Origin: Paramoeba atlantica | Lineage: Eukaryota > Protista > Discosea | Assembly (NCBI GenBank): GCA_977017575.1 | Contig: CDRNVI010000090.1 | Location: forward strand, 105,425 to 169,424 | DNA: 64,000 nucleotides | Direction of reading: 5' to 3' | In this document: positions 1-11,261 of the stretch, in pieces | Position numbering within the stretch: position 1 is the first letter of the stretch | Layout of the letters: the number at the start of each line of letters is the position of its first letter | Program-made: the position numbers and the translations under genes | Notes under the pieces: model-generated | Seen by the model: only the letters and a program-made list of their open reading frames with translations | Database searches by the model: none | Told to the model about the DNA's origin: nothing

Positions 1-3
1 AAC

Positions 4-1272
4 ATGAGCTTAGATTTTGAAAGATCCAAGTTACAGCTTTTGAAAGAACACCAAGAACTTGTTGCAGATATAGCTCTTCTTCAAGACAAAGAAGTCTTGC
101 TTCGCAACGAAGTCCAGTACTGCTTTGATACAGAATGGGGGAAAATTCAATCGTTTGGTATTAGGCAAAAAAGAGTGCTAGAGGATGTTATAAAAAGAAA
201 ATCTGTAAAGCAGAAAAAATTAGATGAAAATATGCAATTCGGACGCGAAGCTATTCTTTATCAATGGGAGCAAGGAATTGGCGAAATGTACAATAGCCTG
301 ATAGCTGAAGAAGAAAGTATCAACAAATCTCTTCGGCTCCGAATGCTTCAAAAAGATGAATTTGAGCTTAATGAATATTGTAGCAGACAGCAAGTTATTG
401 TGGAAGAGGAGTACCAGTGGTCAGCTCTCATGATGGAAGGTATAAATCACGCGATCTATGAGACTAATGTAGCGGCGATTAATTCTTTCGCTTCAGTAGA
501 AAAAGCAGATCGAAATTTTATTGAAAGAGAGCGATGGGAATGGTATTCCATTGCACACGAACAAGTTTCATACACTATTCTTACGCTTCTGAGCAGTGAG
601 TCTGACGATCTTACCCTACTGGAGACAGACGCAAGGGCTATCCTGGAAGCGGCATATGAGGAGAAGTTTGGCGAAATATGCAGTCTTCTTTCCGTCGGTG
701 AAGAAGATCTTGCTCAGAAACTTTTGCCTGAGAAGAAATTTGATTTCGAATCGGAGCTGAACAGACAGTTTTCGGAGTTGTCCAAAGATTTAGAGACATT
801 CAGTACTGCTGATGTGATCAAGCAGAGTAGGCCGTCCAATAATAATCAAAATCAATACCTCAGCACTGTTCTGAAAATCTCGCCAACGGACTTATCAGAA
901 ATGCAACCCCGCGCCATAGAATTATGCGTACAACTTTTGGAGCGTAATATATCCCAATCTCGTGATTACCGTAAATCTTTGGAAGAACACTACATCAAAC
1001 TGAGGAACGAGGAGCAAAATTTGACTCAGAAACAAAAGGATTTAGCTAGAGCACAACAAGAATTATCCTTCTTCAAAGCGGCATCACAAAAAGCCATTTC
1101 TCAAAGAATAACTGCTTTTAAGACGGCGAAATCTCATCGTATGGCTAAGGATCATGAACTTTCCCGTGCCAAGATACGAAGTATAGAAGCGGAGAAAGAG
1201 GTAGCCCGAGCCGCTAAAAAACTGGAAATCGTAAAAGAAGCGGCGAGAGAGCAAATGCGACGTGGTGGATGA
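4..1272 (+). CDS. Hypothetical coiled-coil protein (may extend 5' beyond the window)
   Basis: 422-aa ORF, E/K/Q/R-rich with heptad-like C-terminal half, same strand as all host genes; no family motif recognised. Confidence 0.7.
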   Translation: MSLDFERSKLQLLKEHQELVADIALLQDKEVLLRNEVQYCFDTEWGKIQSFGIRQKRVLEDVIKRKSVKQKKLDENMQFGREAILYQWEQGIGEMYNSLIAEEESINKSLRLRMLQKDEFELNEYCSRQQVIVEEEYQWSALMMEGINHAIYETNVAAINSFASVEKADRNFIERERWEWYSIAHEQVSYTILTLLSSESDDLTLLETDARAILEAAYEEKFGEICSLLSVGEEDLAQKLLPEKKFDFESELNRQFSELSKDLETFSTADVIKQSRPSNNNQNQYLSTVLKISPTDLSEMQPRAIELCVQLLERNISQSRDYRKSLEEHYIKLRNEEQNLTQKQKDLARAQQELSFFKAASQKAISQRITAFKTAKSHRMAKDHELSRAKIRSIEAEKEVARAAKKLEIVKEAAREQMRRGG

Positions 1273-1507
1273 GTCTTGTATAAGGCTTCAAAGAAATATG
1301 TCGAAAAGCAATCAGTCATGCAGTTCTCTTCTCTACAGGTAGATATGGATTCGTATGCATGTACTTAGTCTGTCACTTTACTGTTTCTAGTTTTAATTCT
1401 TAGTTTGTGAGTAAATTTTTGATTCTCAGAACGGATCTTAGTAACGCTTATACACGGAGTATAGTATAGTGCCATAGATATCTATAAAATTTATTCATTG
1501 AACACCC

Positions 1508-1984
1508 ATGAATTCTTGTGAACATGATTCAATGTCTAAAATGGAAATAGATTTAGTAGATCCCGCGAAACGATGTGCTGGGAACCAACGTTCGGAAATC
1601 GTCAGTGAAGAACCAATACAACCGTGCGTCATCACAAAAGTGGGAATGCTAGATTATCCGTGCTTGCGACCACTGAATTCCCCCTCAGAATATATACAGC
1701 AATGCAAGATAACGATTTCTGAAAATATTACAAAACTAAGAAAAGTGAATCTTGTGCAGCACTTGCGAGAAATGAGAGAATTCAACGACCCTACATGGCT
1801 TGCTAGATCTGTTAAGGAACAGCACATCGATGAATTCGGTACAAATTTTTCTTCTGGAATATGGGATAAGCCTAATGGAGATTCGAATCCGCGTGAAATT
1901 TCATTCGTCGACTTTTACAATCATCGATCTCCTCAACTGCTACAGGGAAAAGGGGGCCTGCTACAAGGGTTAACCCCAGCTTAA
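1508..1984 (+). CDS. SAP30BP/HCNGP-like protein
   Basis: Segment REFNDPTWLARSVKEQHIDEFGTNFSSGIWD resembles the HCNGP core (F-x-NP...IDE-x-GTN-F/Y...D); ATG start. Confidence 0.55.
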   Translation: MNSCEHDSMSKMEIDLVDPAKRCAGNQRSEIVSEEPIQPCVITKVGMLDYPCLRPLNSPSEYIQQCKITISENITKLRKVNLVQHLREMREFNDPTWLARSVKEQHIDEFGTNFSSGIWDKPNGDSNPREISFVDFYNHRSPQLLQGKGGLLQGLTPA

Positions 1985-2249
1985 TTCATGTGTATTTGAG
2001 TGCGACGCATAAAGTTGCTTGCGCAGAATATGTCCATTATCCAAACCAAAGGTCGTTTATCATAAAATGAAGTTGCTTTTCATGGAAATTTCAGAAAGAA
2101 ATCATTTTCCTTAGATTTGTGCGTATCATGCACATTTTTAGACTTTTTTTAGTTTTCGTTATACAGTAGTACTAGTAAATGCTGTTTGTCTTTTAGACTC
2201 ATTCGTAGTTTCAAATTTATCAATAATTGTTACATTACCTATAGTTTCC

Positions 2250-2462
2250 ATGGCGAAATCTAAGAATCATACCAATCACAACCAGAGTCGAAAGCAACAT
2301 CGGAATGGAATTCACAAGCCGCGATTTTTCAAGAAATTTTCAATGAGGGGTCTGTATCCTGCAGTGCGACGAAACAACCGATTTAGTGTGAAGCACAACC
2401 AAGGAGCGAAGGCCCAGGCGGCGCTTCGGGCGAAGAGAACACAGGAACTTCCGGTGGCATAA
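2250..2462 (+). CDS. RPL29: 60S ribosomal protein L29 (eL29)
   Basis: Diagnostic N-terminus MAKSKNHTNHNQSRKQHRNGIHKP. Confidence 0.97.
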   Translation: MAKSKNHTNHNQSRKQHRNGIHKPRFFKKFSMRGLYPAVRRNNRFSVKHNQGAKAQAALRAKRTQELPVA

Positions 2463-2747
2463 TCATATTGGACTTGAAGTGAATGGATACGACGAGAGGT
2501 AGTCCACTAGGTACTAGTGACGCACTGAAAGGGAATTTGTTGGATAAGTACGTGATAAGAGGGAAAAGTTGGGAAGTGCATCGTATAAGCTGTATCTTGG
2601 TCAGAAAATAGAAGTGATTCTATTTTTCGTATATTTCTTTATAGATTTTCTATCCTTGAATGAGATAATAACCTTTGCTCTCTTTCAATACATTTTCTTG
2701 TCCCTTCTTCATACACAGTTTCATACACTAACTTATTTTATACTTCA

Positions 2748-4076
2748 ATGACACTCAATGCATTAAGGTTGAAGAGTTACAGAGGGTCGGTTGTTCCGCA
2801 ATTGAGGTTTCAATGTTTCATTCTGCCAATGTTACTTTCTATGGTTGCGCCATGCGGCAACCTCGAAATACTGATACGTAACGCGCTGCATCTAAGACCG
2901 GATTCTTTTCGTGGTCACACATTACTTTCCCCATGGCGATCCGTCTCTCTTTATTCACTGCATGCCCGTGACTCTCGGCGCCGGCAAGCATCCCAACCTC
3001 AAAAGCCCACCACCCCTGCCGATTACTACCAACTCCTTGGCGTACCACGCAACGCGGATACAAAAGAAATCAAACGCGCATACAAAAAACTCTCCTGGAA
3101 GTACCACCCTGACAAGAACACTGATGACAGCGCCAGGGAGCGGTACAAGGACATTAACAAAGCCTACACGGTGTTGTCCGACCCGGAGAAGAGGAAGCAG
3201 TACGACCTCCTGGGCGAACAGTTTGAGCAAAGCGCGGCATCAGCGAGCCGACCCAATCGCGGGGGTTTCTACCAAGCTGGACCGGACGGCACGTATGTAT
3301 TCACCTCCTTTGGGGGCGGCCCCCACCGGGGCTCTCACCCTTTTACAGACCTCTTCAGTTCGGGTTCCGGTGGATTCAACCCATTCGCGAGTTTATTCGG
3401 TGGCGGAGGTGGCGGTGGGCCGTTTTCCTTCACCAACCATGGGAGAGGCAGACAACAGCAGCCACGAGGCCAACAACAGCGGCAGAAATACCAACAACAA
3501 CAACAACGTCACACAACCTCCCGAGATTCCCCGACATCCACTCCCCCGAGCCTTGACCCTCTACGTGTGAATCCTCTCACCGCTGCACGGATTCGGTATC
3601 ACTGTCTTCGTTCAGGGCGGACGTCCCCGAATTTGTGTGTGATTCATCTCCAGGACAGCACCATGGGAACCGACGTTGTGCGGGAACACTTCCGGGCGGC
3701 CTTTCGCGCTGCTCTGTCCGCATTTCGCTCGGAAATGCTATTTTTCGATTGTAGTCCGGACCCCGAGGAAGGTCGAGGAACTTCCCCCGAGCGTTGGCTC
3801 CGGGAGATACGATCTGCGAGTGTAATTGTGAATGAGGGTGACGTGATTGCGCTCCGGCGCGCCCGGCAAGAGAGTTCGGTAAAAATTGCTGTACTGCGGA
3901 TGACGGATGCGTTGCTGCAAGTAAAGTCTCATGACCGGGCAACTCTGAAACCCAAATCACTTAGTGTACAGGAAAATCCTTTTGTGAGAATTATTAGCTC
4001 ATTTTTAGAAAACGTTGGGTCCGGTGGCACAGTCAAATGGACTCAACTCGATCGTCCATCCTTTCTTCAAGATTAG
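2748..4076 (+). CDS. DnaJ/Hsp40 protein, J domain plus G/F-rich region (true start uncertain)
   Basis: DYYQLLGV...[17 protein letters not shown]...RKQYD J domain with HPD motif, followed by a G/F-rich and Q-rich linker. Confidence 0.9.
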   Translation: MTLNALRLKSYRGSVVPQLRFQCFILPMLLSMVAPCGNLEILIRNALHLRPDSFRGHTLLSPWRSVSLYSLHARDSRRRQASQPQKPTTPADYYQLLGVPRNADTKEIKRAYKKLSWKYHPDKNTDDSARERYKDINKAYTVLSDPEKRKQYDLLGEQFEQSAASASRPNRGGFYQAGPDGTYVFTSFGGGPHRGSHPFTDLFSSGSGGFNPFASLFGGGGGGGPFSFTNHGRGRQQQPRGQQQRQKYQQQQQRHTTSRDSPTSTPPSLDPLRVNPLTAARIRYHCLRSGRTSPNLCVIHLQDSTMGTDVVREHFRAAFRAALSAFRSEMLFFDCSPDPEEGRGTSPERWLREIRSASVIVNEGDVIALRRARQESSVKIAVLRMTDALLQVKSHDRATLKPKSLSVQENPFVRIISSFLENVGSGGTVKWTQLDRPSFLQD

Positions 4077-4223
4077 GATTCTATCGTTGCTACGTTTGCT
4101 TCACTTAATTTGATGTGTAAGTAGTGTAACAATCGCATCTGTGTAACATAAGACGTGACATTTTGCTATCTTTTATGATTATAGAAAATCTTATATTCTA
4201 TATAATAAAATCTTCTGAATGCC

Positions 4224-4847
4224 ATGTCTACCCACTATGAGACTCTTGGTGTAGATTCCAAGTCGACTTTTGCTGCTATACAAAAAGCATATAGACATGC
4301 TTCCTTGCTTTATCATCCGGATAAAGATTCTTCTCTTGGAGCATCTAAGGCATTCTTCCGTGTACAGGAAGCATATACCGTGCTACGTGATCGCACCTCC
4401 CGTGAAGAATACGACAGTGAGCTTCGGAGGGAGAGGACGAAGCAACTTACCTCCGTGAGTCAGGAACTGAACACCCACAAACAGATGCGCGATTTGCTAG
4501 ATTTCAGAGAGAGAAAAGAAAAGAAACGACAAGAGGTACTAATACGAGCTGACAGAGAGAGCAACTCACGGCGTGAGCAACTGGAACAGGAATTTGTGGA
4601 AGCGTGGCATCGCAGGCCGATTCGGGTTGTGCCGTTCGAAGAGGGCTTTAATTCTTCCCAAGCTGAGAGCACCCGACAAGCTGCAGGAAATAACACCAAA
4701 CAGTGTGATATAGATCGTGACGTGCAATATTTGTTCGATATTCTTAGAACCTATACTGATACAGCGCCTTCCATTGAGAGTATAGATGCATTGCAGAGAG
4801 AAGCACATTCCCTCTTGATGTTTCCTGATTGCATTGGAAATACATAG
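4224..4847 (+). CDS. Small J-domain protein, DNAJC17/Cwc23-like
   Basis: N-terminal J domain (HYETLGV...YHPDK...EEYD) followed by a charged coiled coil; the DNAJC17 assignment rests on architecture only. Confidence 0.8.
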   Translation: MSTHYETLGVDSKSTFAAIQKAYRHASLLYHPDKDSSLGASKAFFRVQEAYTVLRDRTSREEYDSELRRERTKQLTSVSQELNTHKQMRDLLDFRERKEKKRQEVLIRADRESNSRREQLEQEFVEAWHRRPIRVVPFEEGFNSSQAESTRQAAGNNTKQCDIDRDVQYLFDILRTYTDTAPSIESIDALQREAHSLLMFPDCIGNT

Positions 4848-5097
4848 TGCCAGATACACATTGTAGAATACCAATCTTTCGCCATACTACAAGTAATGCT
4901 CTTACCAGTTTTTTTTTCGCACTTCAGGAAGTTTAGCTTACGTGATTTCACCTTTCTCCCTTGAAGTCGGACAATCGTTTTTAAAGTACCTTTTTCTTTT
5001 GTAAATGAATGAATTTTTTTGTTAGTACTACAATTGACCTACCACAATACTACAGATATTTTGCCGACAAAAATCTACCTCTGTACTTCGACTATAG

Positions 5098-5496
5098 ATG
5101 ATGCGAACACATATTCTGAGAGGGAGTCGCGTTATCACATCCTTGGTTAAGCAAAAAAATATTGCTTCTCAGCACCGAAACTTTCTTGATGTTTTTCTTA
5201 CAACATCAAACGGGATTCTATCAAGCATTAATACTGTATTTGATATATCGCATCCCAAACCAAGCACAATTAAGAAACCTCTACTGCCTCGTGGTATAGC
5301 GGAGCACATGCCAGGGTCGTTAATTTTTCCAAGCATACACACTTTGACTCCATTCCAGAGATTTTACGTGCTAAAAACCAGCCGAAACGTATCACAGCGG
5401 GTCCGACAGCTTCGGAAAAAGAAGCATTGCACAGGTAACAAATCAAAAGCAATGAATCACAGAATAACTAAATCGTGCTGCCCTATCAAAAAATGA
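5098..5496 (+). CDS. Hypothetical basic protein, possibly mitochondrial
   Basis: 132-aa ATG-initiated ORF on the gene strand; Arg/Ser-rich N-terminus and Lys/Arg-rich C-terminus. Confidence 0.5.
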   Translation: MMRTHILRGSRVITSLVKQKNIASQHRNFLDVFLTTSNGILSSINTVFDISHPKPSTIKKPLLPRGIAEHMPGSLIFPSIHTLTPFQRFYVLKTSRNVSQRVRQLRKKKHCTGNKSKAMNHRITKSCCPIKK

Positions 5497-5767
5497 CATT
5501 ACAATATAAGAGCATATTGTATAAGGGTGTAATGACATTATACTGTATGTATGATTACTGTACAAGTAAAACATCTCAGAAAATTAGAAGAACTAGTTCA
5601 GGCGAATTGCATCTGCGTTTATTAGCTTCCGTTCTGTGCAATTCATACGGTCCACAGAAACCATCTTGAAAATTAGTGATTGCATTATTGATGTTATAGT
5701 TGTAGATATAATTTACCTGAAGTGTGAACATAGAACAGATTTTTGCGCATATTCTACTTAGATAGCC

Positions 5768-6082
5768 ATGCTACAACGCACAGCTGCACTTGCGTACACG
5801 GCTATCAGTGCAAAATCTGGTAAAAAATATCCGGAGCAGCCTTCTAAAGAGTTATCAGTTATTGCCGAGGTGCATTTGTTCAAGAGCCCATACTGGATCA
5901 CAAGTACACAAGTGCGTCATTTTGATGGTTTGAGTATAAAGCCTGATGTGACCGGATTTCCTCTTACGTTTGATTTCGGGGGAGGAAAGGCCGTAACGTG
6001 CACCATATACAATGCAGATCAAACGACAGATCCTTCTTTAATAGAAAGACACATTGAAGAGTTGAAAAAAAATGGATCATGA
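5768..6082 (+). CDS. Hypothetical protein, possibly mitochondrial
   Basis: 104-aa ATG-initiated ORF, MLQRT... presequence-like start, globular composition. Confidence 0.6.
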   Translation: MLQRTAALAYTAISAKSGKKYPEQPSKELSVIAEVHLFKSPYWITSTQVRHFDGLSIKPDVTGFPLTFDFGGGKAVTCTIYNADQTTDPSLIERHIEELKKNGS

Positions 6083-6185
6083 TTATGGATGCTAAGGAAT
6101 TTATTTTCACTAAACTTCAGAATTCTTTTAGATATAGATGATGTCATTTTTCGAAAATTTAAGAATGTGCGTGAAAAGATTATTA

Positions 6186-6494
6186 CTATCCCCCCCCCCT
6201 ATTTAATAGGACTCCGATTTTGGGCAAAAGGCCCTAATAAAGGGGGGGGACATGGAAAATAATATGAAATTAATAAATTAGCGCCGCTTCGCGGCGCCTT
6301 TTTTAACGTTGTGAAACAACCCCCTTTTGATACACTTTCGGTTGTTGGGGTAGATACGGGAAAAAAAATCCTCCGCTTCGCGGCGCATTCGACAATTTTT
6401 TGGCACTTTCCTTGAAATTCTTTTTGGCCTTCCAGACAAAATAGCCCTATTAAAGGGGGGGTGACACGTAGACCTATTAAATAGGCGGGGATAG
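6186..6494. mobile_element. MITE (Tc1/mariner/pogo-type), 309 bp
   Basis: TIRs ctatc(c)n-ctatttaatagg (6186-6210) and cctattaaataggcggggatag (6473-6494), flanked by TA at 6184-85 and 6495-96; no coding capacity. Confidence 0.75.
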
Positions 6495-7103
6495 TACTCA
6501 TTTTTTCGAAATGTTAAATGCGGTTTTTCAATATACTACATTTTATTAAGGTGGTAACTACCGCTCTACCCTCGATTATTGGAAACCGAATGAAAAATGG
6601 TGAAAAGACAGAAACACAGTATCCCCCTTTATCTTACAAACGATGTGCTCAGTCGCATTATTTGCCCATTACGTTTAGGACTCTTATTCATGCGCATTAT
6701 TCATCCGCAAAGCTCCGATTTAGTGACAGATAAACAGAGGGAGAAAAGGGTTCCAAAAAATGAGACAGCGAAACTATGTTTTTCGGACCCAGGGGGTACC
6801 AGGGGAGATCTCTCAAAGGAGCAAAACCGGGGAAAAAATGTCATTTTGGCAGGGGGCACACTTCTGTCCGTGGACGTACGTAGAGTTCCCAGTAAGCTGT
6901 TTGTATCTTATCCAAACATTTTACGGGTAGTCCATATGATACGTTCACACCCTCTAGAGCATGCCCCGCGTTGTATGTCTCCAAACCTTTCATCCATTCA
7001 AATATTATTATTTAAATCACCCTTTGACCAGACAAGTAATCGTATCGACCCTATTGGAAAAACTGTTCACCTGTACTTTTTTTTTCGAATTTCTCTGTTT
7101 TTC

Positions 7104-8858
7104 ATGCTGTCGTGCTTTCGAAAAAATTTCGAAAGTTACTTGCAGGAGCTTGAGGGTGAATGGATTGTTATGGTTCTTGACGAAAAAAGCAGCCGGTTGT
7201 TAGGAAATATGTTTACTATGTCGGCACTTTTATCGTATCGAATTGTGTTAGTTGAAAATTTACAAAAGGTGCGACAACCATTAACTGAATACCCGGTGGT
7301 CTATTTTATCGAGCCTGTAATGGAAAATGTCACCCGATGTCTTGCTGATTGGTCTGCTGGTAAGAAAATGTATGCGAAGGCACATTTTATATTTCTCGGG
7401 CGCCCTAGCGCTGAGGTTCATACTGCGCTTAAGTCGACGCCGCTTGATGAACACATTGCATCAAAGAGAGAGTTTGGGTGCTACCTTCGTTTTCGGGATC
7501 CATGTGTTTTTGATCTTGACATTCAAAGTGACATTGAAAAATGTTTCCTAACAGACAACTGGAAAACAGCACGATGCGTAGCAGAGAGACTTTTATCTAT
7601 TTTGGAGTTGATGAAAAGTCGACCCCAAATTCGCCACCAGAAATCGTCGAATGCTGAGCTTTTTGCGAGTTGTCTCCATCAGATACTTCCGGCTTCCACA
7701 TCTATAAGTTCGGGTTCCGCTTCTGACATTTTTTTGGTATTAGACCGCACGCATGATATTTGTACTCCATTAATGCACGATATGTCATATGCCTCTCTGC
7801 TTTACGATCTTATGCCTCGTTCTGATCTTATGTACACAACCAATTTGGAAGGAAGAGATGGTACCTTCAAACAAAAATCTATGATACTGGATGAGAATGA
7901 TGCTATATGGACAAAAGTTCGATATATGCACATTGCGCAAGCAATTCAATACGTTCACCGAGAATTTATCGCACTGCGAGAACAAGCAGATGCGCTGGAT
8001 AAGATTGAAACAAGTCCGCATGAAGGCAGAGTACACAATAATGCCATATATACTCTGCCAGAACTAAGACAAAGGAGCGATCAGATATCTTTGCATATTG
8101 ATTTGCTTCAAAAATTGAGCTCTATTCTTAAAGAAGGTCCATTAGAAGACGTCATTGCTTTGCAGCAGATGTTGGGGACAGGGATTGATGAGTCGGGAAA
8201 CAAAGTGGCCCTCGGCAGGCAGGAAGAACAAATGAAAAAAATTCTTCGTCTCGAGAATGTTTCTTCAGAATTAAAGTTGCGACTTATCCTATTATATACA
8301 ACTGTTCATGGCATCGAACATTCCAAGCTTGTGAAATTTGTCAAAATTGGCCATCTGGGATCTTCTGCATTACATTTGATTAAAAATATGGGACATGTAT
8401 TTCCTCTGGAGAAACGTAAATCAGTTTTGTACAGTAAGAAGCAGGATTCTATTCAGGAACTTTTTATACAACGAAAATCTATCTCAAGAGCCCAGCCTGC
8501 CATAAACGACATTGTTGAGAAATTAGCGAGCAATACTTTGTCACAATCTGAGTATCCGAGTGTATCTATTCTAGAAAATGATATCCTTTCGAGAACCACA
8601 TGTCAAGGTTTAGAAGATGTGCACAACGTTCGTAGAGGTGATGCAGGATTCATACAAGAACGGGACAACTTCACACACAAAGAAGCTAAATCGTTGCAAC
8701 GGTTGTACATATTTGTGGTTGGCGGCATTACTGTTTCAGAAATGAAATGCTTAAATGAACTTAGAAATAAGCTTGATCACGAAATTTATCTTGGTGGTAC
8801 GCAACTTCACACTTCTCGGACGTTTCTTCACCAATTGGATAATTTAGCAATTTCATAA
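7104..8858 (+). CDS. Sec1/Munc18 (SM) family protein
   Basis: WIVMVLDEKSSRLL, LVENLQKVRQPL, LVLDRTHDICTPLMHDMSY and LYIFVVGGITVSE motifs. ATG 7104 follows a pyrimidine tract and gives ~584 aa, typical of the family; the open frame starts at 6597. Confidence 0.92.
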   Translation: MLSCFRKNFESYLQELEGEWIVMVLDEKSSRLLGNMFTMSALLSYRIVLVENLQKVRQPLTEYPVVYFIEPVMENVTRCLADWSAGKKMYAKAHFIFLGRPSAEVHTALKSTPLDEHIASKREFGCYLRFRDPCVFDLDIQSDIEKCFLTDNWKTARCVAERLLSILELMKSRPQIRHQKSSNAELFASCLHQILPASTSISSGSASDIFLVLDRTHDICTPLMHDMSYASLLYDLMPRSDLMYTTNLEGRDGTFKQKSMILDENDAIWTKVRYMHIAQAIQYVHREFIALREQADALDKIETSPHEGRVHNNAIYTLPELRQRSDQISLHIDLLQKLSSILKEGPLEDVIALQQMLGTGIDESGNKVALGRQEEQMKKILRLENVSSELKLRLILLYTTVHGIEHSKLVKFVKIGHLGSSALHLIKNMGHVFPLEKRKSVLYSKKQDSIQELFIQRKSISRAQPAINDIVEKLASNTLSQSEYPSVSILENDILSRTTCQGLEDVHNVRRGDAGFIQERDNFTHKEAKSLQRLYIFVVGGITVSEMKCLNELRNKLDHEIYLGGTQLHTSRTFLHQLDNLAIS

Positions 8859-9203
8859 AATTCTGAGCACATGACTGACTTTTCCTAATTGTATGCCCCC
8901 TTCGGCGAAGCAATGACTATTCGGGTGAAATAGTTTTTCTCTTCATGCTACCCTTCGAATTCTGTATTCGAATAAATTCATCTTCAACCGGTCGAATAAA
9001 CCGGGTAAAACTTTTAAAGTAGGCGGCCACACAAGATGCATACCTGTAATAACAAGCTAAGTGTAACATATCTGTAAGTAGCATATGCGGTCCTGCAACC
9101 CCGCTTAATTATATTTTAGTTGAACGATACTCTTGTATCAAAAGTTTTATAACGATATGCGTGAGCACGTGTAGTGAAAAATTCAATCGGAAAAGTAAAA
9201 ACA

Positions 9204-9253
9204 AATCTGCAAAAAGAAACAATCTGCAAAAAGAAACAATCTGCAAAAAGAAA
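9204..9253 (+). repeat. 17-nt tandem repeat x3 (aatctgcaaaaagaaac)
   Basis: Three consecutive copies read directly, ending ~10 nt before the probable GUF1 ATG. Confidence 0.9.
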
Positions 9254-9263
9254 GAGTTCCTTA

Positions 9264-11261
9264 ATGTGGACAGCTTCGCTTCAGGGAGCATCTTTTCGGC
9301 AATCATCATGGAAGCTCCTTCGACAAAACTACCGGTGTTGCTGTAGTTCGATCATACCATCCTTAGATTATATGGGCATTGCTTCTCCGATGATTCCGGA
9401 GCGAAACACAGATGGTGTACCACGCCAAACGATAGCAATATCGACATTTCCGCCACCCCGCATCCGCAATTTTTGTATTCTTGCGCATGTTGATCATGGA
9501 AAAACAACACTTTCGGATGCCATTTTGCGAAGAACCGGTGTTTTACAACGAACTGGCGATGTGGGGTGTTATTTAGATAAACTGGAAGTTGAAAAGGCGC
9601 GCGGCATCACAATAAAAGCACAAACGTGTACGTTTTTTGTACAAGACGGTGATGCTAGTTTTATGCTCAACCTTATCGACACTCCCGGGCATGCGGATTT
9701 TAGTTATGAAGTCACACGCTCACTAGCGGTATGCGAAGGAGCAGTTTTATTGATTGATGCGAATCAAGGCATTCAGGCGCAAACCATGGCGAATTATCAC
9801 GCTGCGTTAGATAGAGGGGTAGAAATTATACCAACACTTTCCAAATTAGATTCTGTATTACTGTGCGAAGATGTAGGAAAGGCGCAAGACGAAATCGAGA
9901 ACGCCATGGGGGTATTTCGATCTGAAATTTTGCTAACTTCGGCTAGAAAGGAGAAGGGGGTTGAACACTTACTAAAAGAAATAATTAGAAGGTTTCCTGC
10001 TCCCTCTGGAGATCTTACTTCCCCATTTCGAGCTGTTATTTTTGATGTATGGCCAGATCCGAGCTCTTCAACCGTACGTTGCCTTATCCGCGTAGCGGAC
10101 GGTACAGTCGAACCGAAAAAAAGAATAAAGTGTTTAACGAGTGAAGTCGCTCTTGACGTCATTGAGGTAGGTATCATGTACCCCGAGCCAGTACGCACTA
10201 CACAATTAAGGTGTGGCCAGGTTGGTTACTTACTCTTTGTGATAAACAATTTGGGACACAAGGGACCTCGTATCGGAGAAACTCTAACTGCTCTAAATCA
10301 CCACGCAACACCTGTTGTGCAATTTAAATCTGCTTGTCCGGTTGTATTTTCTGGACTTTTTCCTGATCAGAGTACCGAACGAGTTCGTTTACAGCATGCA
10401 CTTTATAAACTTACCAGCAATGATCCCAGTGTCACTTTGACACCAGTTCAATGTAATGCCTTGGGTCAGGGATGGCAATTAGGTTTTCTTGGACTGCTTC
10501 ATATGAAAATTTTTAAAGAACGTCTGGAGCAGGAGTATGATGAAACTGTGCTCATTACTCCCGCTGTCATACAATATTTGTGCCGTATGCGTGATGGAAC
10601 AAATCAGAAAGTGACAGCACATAACTTTCATTCTTTGTCCAATCAGGCAGAATGTTTTCTACAACCTCTCGTACACGCAGTCGTGGTGCTTGAAAGACGG
10701 CACGTCTCTGATGTGATTACTCTATTGAAAGCGTTTCGTGGTGAACAGGTAAATTCACAAAATTTTAGCGGTAATCGACTTTCGCTTACGTTTCGCTTAC
10801 CGCTTGCGGCGTTTTGCCGCGGTGTGCATGACCGCTTGAAGAAATTAACGAGTGGGTATGGGAGTGTTGAATATGATGAACCCTTTTACGAGGAATGCAA
10901 TCTCGTAAAAGTTGATATTTGCGTAAACAAGGTTGTCGTAGACGCTTTATCACTATTATGCGAAAAAGTAGACGCCTTGACAATGAGTCGACGTATTTGT
11001 TGTGCTTTAAAAAACTATCTTCCGCGTAGTACTCTTGATATTCCAATCGTAGCGAAAATGGGGGAGAAAATAGTGGCGAGAGAAACAATTTCGGGCATAA
11101 AAAAAGATGCTGCTCGCAAATGCCACGCTGGCGATCCAACTAGAAAAATGAAGATAATAGAAAATCAAAAAAAGGCACGAAAGCGAAACGCTTCTCGCTT
11201 CGTTGGAGGCATAGAAATTGATCAAAATGCCATTATGGAAGTGATGAGATCCCTCATGTAA
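9264..11261 (+). CDS. GUF1: Mitochondrial translation factor GUF1/LepA (EF-4)
   Basis: RIRNFCILAHVDHGKTTLSD, RGITIKAQ, LIDTPGHADF, GFLGLLHM motifs and LepA C-terminus KCHAGDPTRKMK; first in-frame ATG gives a presequence-like N-terminus. Confidence 0.93.
   Translation: MWTASLQGASFRQSSWKLLRQNYRCCCSSIIPSLDYMGIASPMIPERNTDGVPRQTIAISTFPPPRIRNFCILAHVDHGKTTLSDAILRRTGVLQRTGDVGCYLDKLEVEKARGITIKAQTCTFFVQDGDASFMLNLIDTPGHADFSYEVTRSLAVCEGAVLLIDANQGIQAQTMANYHAALDRGVEIIPTLSKLDSVLLCEDVGKAQDEIENAMGVFRSEILLTSARKEKGVEHLLKEIIRRFPAPSGDLTSPFRAVIFDVWPDPSSSTVRCLIRVADGTVEPKKRIKCLTSEVALDVIEVGIMYPEPVRTTQLRCGQVGYLLFVINNLGHKGPRIGETLTALNHHATPVVQFKSACPVVFSGLFPDQSTERVRLQHALYKLTSNDPSVTLTPVQCNALGQGWQLGFLGLLHMKIFKERLEQEYDETVLITPAVIQYLCRMRDGTNQKVTAHNFHSLSNQAECFLQPLVHAVVVLERRHVSDVITLLKAFRGEQVNSQNFSGNRLSLTFRLPLAAFCRGVHDRLKKLTSGYGSVEYDEPFYEECNLVKVDICVNKVVVDALSLLCEKVDALTMSRRICCALKNYLPRSTLDIPIVAKMGEKIVARETISGIKKDAARKCHAGDPTRKMKIIENQKKARKRNASRFVGGIEIDQNAIMEVMRSLM

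Noticed and set aside
6597-7103. 169-aa N-terminal extension of Sec1
   Set aside because: No family similarity and includes the T-rich tract before ATG 7104; probably open by chance
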